From Methyloceanibacter sp. (GTDB lineage: Bacteria; Pseudomonadota; Alphaproteobacteria; Rhizobiales; Methyloligellaceae), in the NCBI GenBank assembly GCA_022865725.1, contig JALHTP010000159.1:1-61576 (forward strand): DNA of 61,576 nt, written 5' to 3'. Position numbers and translations under genes: made by a program. Numbering within the stretch: position 1 is the first letter of the stretch; every line of letters starts with the position of its first letter. Shown in pieces: positions 45,245 to 54,743 of the stretch. Below the pieces are notes generated by a model. That model was given only the letters and a program-made list of their open reading frames with translations, ran no database searches and had not been told where the DNA came from.

Positions 45245-45910
45245 TTAGGACTCCGGCGCGGGCTCAGGCTCGGTCTCGACCTCAACGCCGACCGTGGCTA
45301 GGCCGGCGTTGATGATGAAAACGACGCCGGCGCGGTCGTCCTCGGGGTAGTGTTCGCGGATGTAGGCTAGGAGGGCTTCATAGGTTGACGTGGGCATGGC
45401 TACTAAGATTTCGCCGAACTGTAGGCCGACGTAGCCGCCCGACTTCGCCCGTAGGGCCGCGAAGTTATCGTTGGTCCTGGCGCTATCCTTGCCTAGCCGT
45501 AGCTCGTTCTCGGTGAAGCCGGTTAGCGAGAGGTCGCCGCCCTCTAGACGGATTTCGTCCTGGATCAGCATTAGCTCGGCCTCATGCCAGCGGCCATGAA
45601 TCCGGTTAAGGGCCTGGTTTATCAGCTTGGCGTCCAGCTTTGACACGTCGATCTCGACGACGGGGACGCGGGCCATCCCTATGTCGATGGCCGCCTCGAG
45701 GCGCTGGTGTCCGCCGATCACGCGGCCGTCCTCTTGACGGATGATGATCGGGTCGACCATCCCCCAGGTCTCTAGCGACCGCTTAAGGGCTTCCATCTCG
45801 CCCTCGGGCATGTAGCGGGGGTTTCGCTCCGCCGGCTTAAGGGCGCGGGGGTCGGCGTAGTGGATCTCCAAGCCGTCCGTTACTTTAGCCATGGCGTAGT
45901 ATGCTCGCAA
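45245..45910 (-). CDS. ParB-like nuclease domain protein
   Basis: NPR..LKRSL..GMVDPII..IGGHQRL. Confidence 0.85.
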   Translation of the reverse strand: MRAYYAMAKVTDGLEIHYADPRALKPAERNPRYMPEGEMEALKRSLETWGMVDPIIIRQEDGRVIGGHQRLEAAIDIGMARVPVVEIDVSKLDAKLINQALNRIHGRWHEAELMLIQDEIRLEGGDLSLTGFTENELRLGKDSARTNDNFAALRAKSGGYVGLQFGEILVAMPTSTYEALLAYIREHYPEDDRAGVVFIINAGLATVGVEVETEPEPAPES

Positions 45911-46421
45911 TCCTGGCGCTTGACCAATCGCCGTGTCGGGTCAGCCTGATTATCTGCTGGACGCCGGCCTTATAGGCGGCCGGTATCTCCGGCACCGGCT
46001 CCTCGCTGCGGCAAATATAGACGTTCGGGCCTAGGGCTTCAAGGATGGCCGGTAGACAGGACTCCCCCTGGGCCGTCATGCCGATGGGGATCACGCGCCA
46101 CACACACTCGAGCGCCGCGACGATAGCCGCGCGCTCGTCGAAGCCAAAGAACGGCCGGCCGGCGCCTTTAGCATGGCGCACTAGATCATCGGAGTCGATA
46201 GCGACGATTAGGTCGTCGCAGTAGGACGCTGCGTGTTGGAGCATGGCTAGGTGGCCGACGTGAAAAAGGTCGTAGCATCCGTTAGTCAGGCCGATGGTGC
46301 GGCCGGTTGCCCGCCTCGCTGATGCTAGCGCTAGTCCCAGGCCGCCATCACCGGCAGGGATAATCTTGCGCCGGCTAGGGAATTCTGTCGTTCCTCGCTC
46401 CATCGGTAGATCTCCGTCCAC
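45885..46421 (-). CDS. HldC/RfaE domain II-like nucleotidyltransferase
   Basis: TNGCYDLFHVGH, KGAGRP..ERA, SS..I. Confidence 0.85.
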   Translation of the reverse strand: MDGDLPMERGTTEFPSRRKIIPAGDGGLGLALASARRATGRTIGLTNGCYDLFHVGHLAMLQHAASYCDDLIVAIDSDDLVRHAKGAGRPFFGFDERAAIVAALECVWRVIPIGMTAQGESCLPAILEALGPNVYICRSEEPVPEIPAAYKAGVQQIIRLTRHGDWSSARIASILRHG

Positions 46422-47227
46422 CTTACGGCCTCATTATACCCCTGCTTCCGTATCCGTAGACCGGCCGCCACGCCGGCGATGTGCGCGGCCATGAGTACCT
46501 CTTTGCCGCCGGCTAGGGCCACGGCCAGGGTGCCGGTGAATACGTCGCCGGCACCGCTGATGTTGACTACCGGCGCGGGGTTAGGCGCCGCCGGTGAACG
46601 CTCGACTCCGCCGGCGGACACAACGATGTGGCCGCGCGCTCCGCAGGTAAGGACTAGGGCGCCGACGCGAAGATGCGCCCGATAATCGAGGAAGTCCTCG
46701 TTAGGGGAGTCGAAGGTTACGCCTGGCGCGTCCTGGATCGACGCCTTTAGCACGTCGAGCCCTTCCCACTCGCCGGCTATGCGCCGGCAATCGCCGATGA
46801 CCGGAACCCCCAAGGCGGTATGAGCCCAGGCGATGATCTCCGCCGGCCACGGCTGCCCCTGGTAGTCCACTAGGACGGCGGCCGATACGGCGCCGCAGGG
46901 CTCCATCGCGTCGCGGTAAAGCCGCGGTGGCCACTCCTCGTCTAGCCGGAATACCTCTTGGGGCCGGCCGGCCGTCTCGGCGATGAATCGCGTCTTGGAC
47001 GTCTCGGCGATGTAGCGGGCCTCGGGTAGAACGCCGAGGCTCTCGATCTGGCGGGCGACGTTGACGGCGCCGCCGCCGGCCTGGGTTTCGCTCCGACGCA
47101 GGAATACGGGTAGCGGCGTTTCGCGCGATAGGCGCTCCGCCGCTACCCGTACAAATACGTCTCTACAGGCGTCGCCGATAACGAGGATAGGGTCGCGGGG
47201 TAGCCAGTCCGGCCTGTCTTCGCTCAT
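46331..47227 (-). CDS. HldA/RfaE domain I-like PfkB sugar kinase
   Basis: ILVIGD..D..RLSRETPLPV, GGGAVNVA, SGAGDVF. Confidence 0.85.
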   Translation of the reverse strand: MSEDRPDWLPRDPILVIGDACRDVFVRVAAERLSRETPLPVFLRRSETQAGGGAVNVARQIESLGVLPEARYIAETSKTRFIAETAGRPQEVFRLDEEWPPRLYRDAMEPCGAVSAAVLVDYQGQPWPAEIIAWAHTALGVPVIGDCRRIAGEWEGLDVLKASIQDAPGVTFDSPNEDFLDYRAHLRVGALVLTCGARGHIVVSAGGVERSPAAPNPAPVVNISGAGDVFTGTLAVALAGGKEVLMAAHIAGVAAGLRIRKQGYNEAVRWTEIYRWSEERQNSLAGARLSLPVMAAWD

Positions 47228-47460
47228 TCGGGCTCCGTGGGTTGCCGGCGCTGCCGCTTGAATCGACGCTCTAGCTCGGCTAGAGCCAGAGTTAGCATCT
47301 TGGGGTGCCGGACGTTCTGACTACCGCTCTCCCATCGGGAGATGGTGAAGGGGCCGACGCCTAGGTAGTCGCGTAGCTCGGCCTGTTGGAGCCGCCACCG
47401 CTGGCGGAAAGCCTTGATGTCTTCGGCGGTTGCGGGAGTGATCGGGTCTTCGTCTGCCAA
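47224..47460 (-). CDS. XRE/Cro-type HTH regulator
   Basis: LQQAEL..LGVG..TISRWESG; GGAGG RBS. Confidence 0.85.
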   Translation of the reverse strand: MADEDPITPATAEDIKAFRQRWRLQQAELRDYLGVGPFTISRWESGSQNVRHPKMLTLALAELERRFKRQRRQPTEPE

Positions 47461-47481
47461 CTAGCCCACCTCCTACCGCCG

Positions 47482-47510
47482 ATTATGCCGTATCGGCTAC
47501 CCGCTGTCAA
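47482..47510 (-). promoter_or_regulatory. sigma70-type promoter with operator upstream of the HTH gene
   Basis: TTGACA-17-CATAAT with GCCG-N3-CGGCTA. Confidence 0.75.
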
Positions 47511-47836
47511 GCCTCGATGGGGCCTGGCACCGGCGCGTGGCGGCCACGGGCGACGGGGTTAGTGTTGGTATGCCAGAAACGCCCATCGTCGAATTGCAGG
47601 GTGTCGCCGCAGATGGAGCACTTGCGGGTAGGGACTAGGTTCTCGACCTCATTGTTCGTCGGATCGCCGTCCAGGTGGTGTAGAGCTACCTCGTCGCGGC
47701 GCCGTTCCTGGTTTAGCAGGTCCTCGATGCGTTCGGCTAGCATCTGCTTTCGCCCATCGCTGAGCCCCCAATAGTAGGCGATGACGCAGCCGGCGATGAT
47801 GAAGATCGCCGCTATCAGGATATCTAACCCGTTCAT
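47507..47836 (-). CDS. Membrane-anchored protein with an HNH-like fragment and zinc knuckle
   Basis: N-terminal TM; HHLDGDPTNNEVENL; CSICG. Confidence 0.55.
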   Translation of the reverse strand: MNGLDILIAAIFIIAGCVIAYYWGLSDGRKQMLAERIEDLLNQERRRDEVALHHLDGDPTNNEVENLVPTRKCSICGDTLQFDDGRFWHTNTNPVARGRHAPVPGPIEA

Positions 47837-48090
47837 TCTCGGGCTCCCTTCCGCCGGCTAGGTGCCGGCACTCATGATCGCCGGCGACACCGGATGCAGG
47901 TAACGTCGGCGAGGTCTCCGCGCTTGAAAAACTTGACGTCGTTAATGCGGCGGCTCTGCCCGCATCGGGTAACGATGAACGCTACCCTCTGGCGGACGAT
48001 GTTCGCGTTGACGAGGACGTGAATCTTTGGCGTAGCCGTTCGCAGCTTTAGGGCAAAGCTACCGACGATGATCGTAGGCGGTGGCATCAT

Positions 48091-48483
48091 CTACACCGTT
48101 TCTTCGGGGCCTCGATTGGCTTCGGCGACGGCCTTAGCCAATAGCCAGTTGTGGATCTCCGCGCTAGTAATCCGCCACGGCTGGTCGCCTGGCCAGCCGG
48201 CTACTACGTCGAACTTGAAGCGCTGGTGGTAGCTCACCGCTGCGTCTTCGGACGTCTCGCATAGTAGGATGGCTAGTGATAGCTGCGCTGGCCCACTACC
48301 GGCATACCCCCAAGAGAAGCCGGTCGGCGAGTGATTCCAGACCCTTAGCGACGGTTCAAGGGGTAACGGTTCCCCGTCGCGGAAGGCGCCGTGCGGCGGG
48401 ACGCCCTGGTAGACATGGTTAGGCGCATCGCAGATCTCGCAGGGATGGCCCGCCTCTCCGATTCGTACTAGACCTTCGTCCAT
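48091..48483 (-). CDS. DUF6166-like protein
   Basis: NHSPTGFSWGYAGSGPAQLSLAIL. Confidence 0.7.
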   Translation of the reverse strand: MDEGLVRIGEAGHPCEICDAPNHVYQGVPPHGAFRDGEPLPLEPSLRVWNHSPTGFSWGYAGSGPAQLSLAILLCETSEDAAVSYHQRFKFDVVAGWPGDQPWRITSAEIHNWLLAKAVAEANRGPEETV

Positions 48484-49133
48484 GACCTCGTTCTCCTTCC
48501 CAGGCGCCGCCGGCCCCGCCAAAGGCGGTCGGCGGCGCGTCTGACATAGCGGTTGACGTAGCCGTTCGTCCAGAGCTCGTACTTGACGGCGCCGCAATCG
48601 CAGGCGTAGGTGACCGTCTTGGGGTTCCCATCGGCGACCCTAGCGAGCCGGTTTCCAGGGTCGCCGGCGGGGTCTATGGGCGCGGCCATCGCCCACTCAT
48701 GCCGGTGTGTTAGGCCCATCGACTACCTCGATTTCGTGCGCCGCCGGCCGGCTTATGCGGTGGAGCCGCGACGGCCGCCGGCCCGATAGGTACAGGATTT
48801 CCGCTAGCCTGGCGACGATAGCTCGGACTAGGCTCATGTCACTAGCTCGGGCTCGCCGTCGATGTAGGCTAGGTGGAGCCGCTTGCGCTGGCCGCCGTTA
48901 AGGCGCTGTAGGCCCCAAAGCATCGCTCGGTAGTTTCCGGTCGCCACCACCTTGACCTTGACCGTTTCCTCTGGCAGCCGCGCGCTGGCGTTCAGGTGCA
49001 TCGTGATCTTCCAGCGGTAGCTCGGTGGTCTAACCCTCTTTTCCTGCATACCGTTCCCCCTTCCGGCTCTAACGTCAGGGCCGGCAGGCGCCGGCCCTAG
49101 CGAGAGGGCCGGAAGCCCTCTCGATCCGTAGCC

Positions 49134-49730
49134 CTAGGGCGTGGCTTCAACGGGCTCGCGCTCCGGCTCAGCCTCGGTGCCGAGCACCGCGACCTTCTCG
49201 CCCCCCGCCGTCTCGACGGCGACGGCTACGTGCCGCTGGATCGGCGTCTTGTCCTTCGCCGCCGCCATCGGGTCGATCATGACCGCGTGGGCCGGTGTGG
49301 GCCGGCCGGCGGCGCGCACTCTCTTGGCGCCCTCGCACCGGCACTTCTCGGCCGGCCCAGGCGTCTTATAGAATCCCTTCTGGCAGAAGGTGCATTGGTA
49401 GCGCATCTTCTTGACGCCCCTTGGCTTCCCAGGCGCCCTCTGGCGGGCGGGCGCCTTAGCCTTAGCCGCCTTAGCCGGCTTCTCGGGCGCGCCGGCCTCT
49501 ACCGTGCCCCTGGCGCGCCTGGGTACGATCTTCTCGACCCGCGCGCCGTCTTCTGGATACTCCGCGAGTAGGGTTGCCAGGGCCTTGTTGGCGGTCTCGG
49601 CCGATGTCCACTTCGCGGCGTCCGCCGCCGTGGGCGACCATCCGCCGCCGGTCTTGGTTCCCCTTACCCCACGGCTCCGGTATTCCTTTACCCCTTCTGG
49701 CCCGTCCCTGACGATAACGAACCTGTCCAT
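49134..49730 (-). CDS. Hypothetical protein with zinc finger
   Basis: RBS; CTFC..C.C. Confidence 0.6.
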   Translation of the reverse strand: MDRFVIVRDGPEGVKEYRSRGVRGTKTGGGWSPTAADAAKWTSAETANKALATLLAEYPEDGARVEKIVPRRARGTVEAGAPEKPAKAAKAKAPARQRAPGKPRGVKKMRYQCTFCQKGFYKTPGPAEKCRCEGAKRVRAAGRPTPAHAVMIDPMAAAKDKTPIQRHVAVAVETAGGEKVAVLGTEAEPEREPVEATP

Positions 49731-49804
49731 TCTGAGCCCCTTTCTGCTACTAACTAACCGTCCGCGCCGGCGCCGGATCGGGTATCCGGCGCCATCGTGG
49801 TAGG

Positions 49805-50849
49805 TTAGCGCGCCTTGGCCATGGCCGGTACAAGCTCGCGCTCGTAGGCGGCCTCGATCTCGGCGAAGGCGGCGTCGATGTCGACCTTCGTGAGCTTGGC
49901 GATGATCCGTGCGGCGTCGGCCTTGAAGTCGGCGTCGCGGCCGAACATTACCGAGTCCATCTTGCGGCTATCGGCGTCTCCGTCGCCCTTCGCCCGCCGG
50001 CTGCGGTGGTCTACCCAGGCGGTGATCCCGTTAAGGACTCCCCAGGCGGTCGTGCTCGTCGCCGTCTGCTGGTTCATGGCCTTGGCGACTTCTTCCATCC
50101 GCTGCTCGTAGATCGTCTTGTGGTAGGCGCCGGCGTCCTTGGGCGGCGCGGGGAAAAGCTGCTCTAGCAGCTTGTGGATGTGGGGGAGCCCGTCGCGGTC
50201 GTCGAGGGCGCCGGCGATCTTGGCGAAGGCCGCGATCTCCTTGGTGACGATCCCTAGGACTCGGCGCGCCTCGGCTACCTTCGCCTCGAGGGACTGCGTG
50301 TGGTAGATGCGCGCCTCGATGGGCTTCCGGTGGCGCGGGCTCCAAGCCAAGTTCAGGGTGTTGTTGCAAACTACCCTGACCGTGGTAGGGAGAACGCTGA
50401 GGGCCGTGTGTCCATCATGGCCGTTGACCAGTAGGATGTAGGGGATAACCTCGTCGCTGCCACCTACCCAAATCGACTCCGGCCGGCGCGCTAGCGCCCA
50501 CACCTTCTTGCCGCTGAACAGGCTGCCGGCGGTCTCGTAGCGTAGGTCGCCGGTGCCGACCAGGGCTTCGAGAAAGTCGAAGGCCGCCGCGTTCTGGAAG
50601 GGCCGGTAACGGTCGGACGTTACCGCATAGACCTGGCCGTCCACTACGCGGGTGACGGCCTTGTAGCCGGCGACGGCGGCCATGCGGCCGTTGACGCCGT
50701 GCGCGTAGAATCGGGCGCATCTCGACGTCCCAATCTAGCCTAGCCAGTTTCAGCGCGTCGGCGCCGGCTGGCGCTTCGTTGATGTGGGTGCCGAGCTTAT
50801 GCCACGGCACCTCGCCGGTGTAGAACATGGTCTCGACTTCTGCTGGCAT
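49805..50849 (-). pseudogene. DUF932/DUF945-family protein split by a 1-nt frameshift near 50709
   Basis: N-terminal VPWHKLG..LDWDV and C-terminal Y.P.QN..F..ETAGSL..N.HDG..RVVCNNTL lie in different frames. Confidence 0.75.
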
Positions 50850-50982
50850 CTTCCCTTTCCTTTCGCTATCAGTTTATCCGTCCGATCCCGCCGCCTAGGG
50901 TGTAGCGGTTCTAGGGCCTATACAGGCCCGCGCGAACCTGGCCCCAGGCGGTAGGAGCCGGCGGATAAGCCGGCCATGCCCC

Positions 50983-51011
50983 ATAGTAGCCGTAACGGCT
51001 ACTGGTGTCAA
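50983..51011 (-). promoter_or_regulatory. sigma70-type promoter with operator
   Basis: TTGACA-17-TACTAT, palindrome at 50987-51001. Confidence 0.8.
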
Positions 51012-51076
51012 GCATACGCGCGCTACCTTAATTGGCGGCCGGCGGGGGCTCGCGTAAGAGTTTCCGCCGGCTCCGT

Positions 51077-51571
51077 CTACCGTTCCCAGGGCTCGCGGTA
51101 GGTCTCGCCCAGGGCATCGTAAACGTCTTTCTCCGTCCTGCTGGCCAGGACCTCGCCTGTCGCCTCGTTGAAAAGGGCGTATTGATTGAGGATCATCCCC
51201 AGGCGCCGCGCGTGTTGGCGCTGGCGGATGTTCCGCTCCGCCGGCCCCGTAGCGAACATTAGGGCCGCTCCCCACGATTCCTCGGGGACTAGCCACACGT
51301 CCACCTGTACCCCGTCGATCTCGATGCTGGCGTTCTTGGCTTGCCCCTTGCCGCCCCTAAGCCGCGTCCCGCAGCTCAGTAGCGCGCTGAGGCCCCACAC
51401 CGTTTCGTTCTCGCCGTTGGGTACGGCGACGATATCTACGTCGCCGACTTCTTCTAGTCCTCGGCGTACCGATCCGCAGATCTCGATCCGCTTGCAGAAC
51501 GGGCGTAGGGCCTCGATGGCTCGCTCGCCCGCCTGCCGCGCCTCATACCGGCCGATTCGCTTCTTACTCAT
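51077..51571 (-). CDS. Minimal family X DNA polymerase (palm and thumb only)
   Basis: CGSVRRG..VGDVDIV, QVD, ATGP..N, EPWER. Confidence 0.85.
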   Translation of the reverse strand: MSKKRIGRYEARQAGERAIEALRPFCKRIEICGSVRRGLEEVGDVDIVAVPNGENETVWGLSALLSCGTRLRGGKGQAKNASIEIDGVQVDVWLVPEESWGAALMFATGPAERNIRQRQHARRLGMILNQYALFNEATGEVLASRTEKDVYDALGETYREPWER

Positions 51572-51777
51572 GGCTTGGTTCTCCTTCGACTAATGACCGC
51601 CGGAGTACCGGATGGCCGTTGACGATCTCGTAGTGGGCCTGAACGCTTGGCGGCGCGATATCGGTGACTACATAGCCACCGTAAGTCGCGTAGACATACC
51701 GCGCGCCGGTCGCCACCGCGACCCGTAGGGCATCATCGATGCTCGCTCTGTTATATCGCATCCATCCGTTCCTTCCG

Positions 51778-52080
51778 CTAGCCGATCTGGACAATGCCGC
51801 CGCAGCGGCTACAGTCCCAATGGTGCTTCCCGCAGTGGTCGTGGCGGCCATCGGCGACGTAGTAGGGGTCGTCGCCGCCGCCGTCACATTGGCACCAGCT
51901 GTCGGCGAATCGCTTTAGGGCATCGAGCTTAGCCTGGGTTACTTGGCCGGTGCCGTCGCAGAGAACGCACCGGATCGGTAGGTCGCTTTCGCCGTCTGCC
52001 CCATGGACTGCTAGGGTCTGCTTACCCGTCCCCTTGCAGGTTGGGCATGTAAGGGTCGCTGTTGGGATCTCCATGATCAT
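51778..52080 (-). CDS. DnaJ-type zinc-finger protein
   Basis: CPTCKGTG..CVLCDGTG. Confidence 0.6.
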   Translation of the reverse strand: MIMEIPTATLTCPTCKGTGKQTLAVHGADGESDLPIRCVLCDGTGQVTQAKLDALKRFADSWCQCDGGGDDPYYVADGRHDHCGKHHWDCSRCGGIVQIG

Positions 52081-52159
52081 CGTCCTTTCGCTAGTGCTTA
52101 GCCGTCCGCATGGCGCCGCCGTGGTCGGTGGCGTCATGCCGGTGGTTAAACCGGCGTGG

Positions 52160-52408
52160 CTAGGAGCCGTCGATTGACGGGTGGTTGATGGTGGCGCGGT
52201 GGCGCCGCAGGTCCTCGACCATGATGTCCAGGGCCGCCGGCGATACCCAGGCCGCCGTCCGGCGCTTGCCCATCCGGTTGACCGTCTGGACGGCGTAGGC
52301 GCCGCCGCAGAATCGGACTACCTGTAGGGCCTCGGTCTGAAACCCAAGCGGCGTTTTCATCGCCGGCGCCGCTGCCACGATCTCGTCGCCGTCCTCGTTG
52401 TATTCCAT
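52160..52408 (-). CDS. Hypothetical protein downstream of the hammerhead
   Basis: GAAAGGA RBS. Confidence 0.6.
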   Translation of the reverse strand: MEYNEDGDEIVAAAPAMKTPLGFQTEALQVVRFCGGAYAVQTVNRMGKRRTAAWVSPAALDIMVEDLRRHRATINHPSIDGS

Positions 52409-52427
52409 CGTCTCGTCCTTTCGCTAT

Positions 52428-52495
52428 CGGCCTGCCTCATCAGAGCGCCGGCGGCCAGTCCGGCGCTGACGGGGCTCGGTTGCCCCGTTTCAGCT
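52428..52495 (-). ncRNA. Type II hammerhead ribozyme
   Basis: GAAA, stem III CGGGGC/GCCCCG, GTC cleavage triplet, stem I AGCGCCGG/CCGGCGCT, CTGATGA core. Confidence 0.85.
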
Positions 52496-52782
52496 ATCCT
52501 CGTTATCGGGCGCTTCTCGGTATGCAAACCGGCGCCGCATGGCGCCGCCGTCCCCTCCGTTCCTCGCTACCCTACGGAGCCGCCGCTACTCGCGTTACCG
52601 TTTTCGCTTCTCCGTTCCTGGGGTCTACCGGCGCTGCCCTGGGGGTTTTGGGCCTGGGGGCCGTCGTGCCTGGGCCTGTTCCCTGGCGATAACCGTATTG
52701 GCTCCCTCGCTCTGGCCGGTGGTCTGTGGCGCTTGTTGGGCCTGGCCTGCGCCTCGCCGGTTTGGTTCCATCCTCTATAGAG

Positions 52783-52812
52783 ATTATATGCCGTAACGGC
52801 TACCAGTGTCAA
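52783..52812 (-). promoter_or_regulatory. Consensus sigma70 promoter with operator
   Basis: TTGACA-18-TATAAT with GCCG-N3-CGGCTA. Confidence 0.8.
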
Positions 52813-53237
52813 GCATTTCCGCGCCACTTTACGACTATTTTGGGAGATTCTCGTAGCTGGTTTGCGCCCATGGCGCCTACTCGGAAGGCCCACCGGCGAC
52901 GCCACTAATGCCGTCCCGATGGCCCGCGCATCGTCCGACGATGGGCCTATCGTACCCGCCGATAACATGGCCGAAACACGGAAATTGGGGGATGACGGAG
53001 TAGGGCAGGCAAGCGCGCGAGATGCCTGCAAGGGCGCCCAGGTGCCCAACACAAAACGCGGCCTGGCCAGCGATATCATCGCATGGCGGCCGACTTTGTA
53101 CTGGCGAGCGGGGGAAATAGATACGGGAAATTGGCCGGTTCGGCTAATGCGCCATACCGGCGCGTTCCGTAGCGTATGGGCCGGACGCGGCGCAATTATC
53201 CGCCTACCGATACGAACTATCGGCTAGCGTCCTAGCA

Positions 53238-53774
53238 CTACCAACAGTTAGGCCAGCCGCCACTACCGCCTGGGTTTGCCATACCGATCCACCGCGCTAC
53301 GTTCCCGCCGACCGTGTAGTCGTCCCAGGGGTCGCCGCCGCCGGCGTCTTCCCAGGATAGGGGGTCGAATTGCGCGCGGCTCAGGTAGCCGTTCCCTGGC
53401 TGCCAGGGATGCCATCCCCACTCGCAGGGTATGACGTCGGTTAGTAGGTGATCGAGATATTCAGGCGGGCCGCCGGCGTCGCGGTAGCCGGCGGAGAAGG
53501 CGGCCATAAGGTCGGCCGGCCCCTCGGGCGGAATAGCTGGTGGCTGAGGAGCCCTCGGAACCGGCGCGGCCTCGGGCGCTAGTGTTGGTGTTGGCGCCGC
53601 CGTAGCGACGGGGCGAAGGCAAGCCGCTTGGAAGTCGACCGGCGCGGCTGCCGTATAGACCTGAGTCGTGGGGCTAGGGCGACTATCGCGCCGCCCGTCA
53701 TGGAGCCCGCTAGGAAGCCTACCGCTAAACTGACCATACGCCCCCCCGATGATTACCGCTAAGACCGGCGCCAT
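53238..53774 (-). CDS. Secreted/anchored protein with an Rpf-like lytic transglycosylase domain
   Basis: PCE..GNGY...QF...SW...GG..GWPNC after a Pro-rich linker. Confidence 0.6.
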   Translation of the reverse strand: MAPVLAVIIGGAYGQFSGRLPSGLHDGRRDSRPSPTTQVYTAAAPVDFQAACLRPVATAAPTPTLAPEAAPVPRAPQPPAIPPEGPADLMAAFSAGYRDAGGPPEYLDHLLTDVIPCEWGWHPWQPGNGYLSRAQFDPLSWEDAGGGDPWDDYTVGGNVARWIGMANPGGSGGWPNCW

Positions 53775-53815
53775 CAGCCATCCTCGGCGTAGGCGCCGGC
53801 CGCTGGCCGGCCCGA

Positions 53816-54142
53816 TTACACTTGACCTCCACTAAAGGCTTTCACGACGCCCTCCTTCCGACTGGTCGCATGATGGTGAAGATGCTCGCCGCTGCACGTA
53901 AAGAGCATCAGGTTTTCGATGACGTTGTTAGCCCTGTCGCCGTCGATGTGGTGAACCACCTCGGACGGGTCGAGGAATCGTCCTAGAAAACGCTCCATCA
54001 CCAACCGGTGTTCATAGACTCGGCCCCGCCGGCTAGCGTAGGGATGGAAGGGGACGTGCATTTCAACGTACCCCAGGGCGGTTATGACCCGCCCACTTTT
54101 CCATCGCGGGAAGCCCAACGCTCGCCGGATGTAGCCGCTCAT
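53816..54142 (-). CDS. HNH endonuclease
   Basis: EHRLVME..VHHIDGDRANN..ENL. Confidence 0.85.
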   Translation of the reverse strand: MSGYIRRALGFPRWKSGRVITALGYVEMHVPFHPYASRRGRVYEHRLVMERFLGRFLDPSEVVHHIDGDRANNVIENLMLFTCSGEHLHHHATSRKEGVVKAFSGGQV

Positions 54143-54145
54143 TCC

Positions 54146-54730
54146 CTATCCTTGGCTGGCGGGGCGGCCCTGCACCGCCGTCTCCGGCACCGAGCCGGTG
54201 TCCTGCTGCCTAGACGACTCGCCAACACGTGGCCAATTCCACCCCATCAGATAGCGCCGATGAAGCTGATGCCGGCGCCAGATAATGAGCGCGTTCTCGA
54301 AGGGCGCGCCGGACGGCTCTCCTACGAAGGTTACCCGTCGCTCGAGTAGCCGGATCTCCGTCGCTTCCATGACGTAGCGGTGCCACCAATGGGTACTACT
54401 GTTGACGGGTAGTAGGGCCACTACTAGCTGCGCGCGGCCGCTCTCGACTTCCTCATAGGCTTTGCGCGCCCACTTCCCGATCCCGCGCCCATAGGGCGGA
54501 TTGACGAAGACCGAGCCCCACCAATGGCCGGCTAGGCCGTCGCGGTAGGCTTCATGCTCATGATCTAGCCCGTAATAGAAATGCCCCACGCTAGTATCGA
54601 CGCGGGCGGCCGCATCGAGGGCGAACCCTAGGGGGAGTTCGAGGTCTACCAGTAGGGCCGCGATAAGCTCCGGCGGCGTCTGCCACTCTGTCTTCCCGCT
54701 TGGTTCCTTCCCTGTCAGTAGTCTTCCCAT
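54146..54730 (-). CDS. Phage Dam-type N6-adenine DNA methyltransferase
   Basis: EWQTP, LDAAA, FVNPPYG. Confidence 0.85.
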   Translation of the reverse strand: MGRLLTGKEPSGKTEWQTPPELIAALLVDLELPLGFALDAAARVDTSVGHFYYGLDHEHEAYRDGLAGHWWGSVFVNPPYGRGIGKWARKAYEEVESGRAQLVVALLPVNSSTHWWHRYVMEATEIRLLERRVTFVGEPSGAPFENALIIWRRHQLHRRYLMGWNWPRVGESSRQQDTGSVPETAVQGRPASQG

Positions 54731-54743
54731 GGACTCTCCTTCC

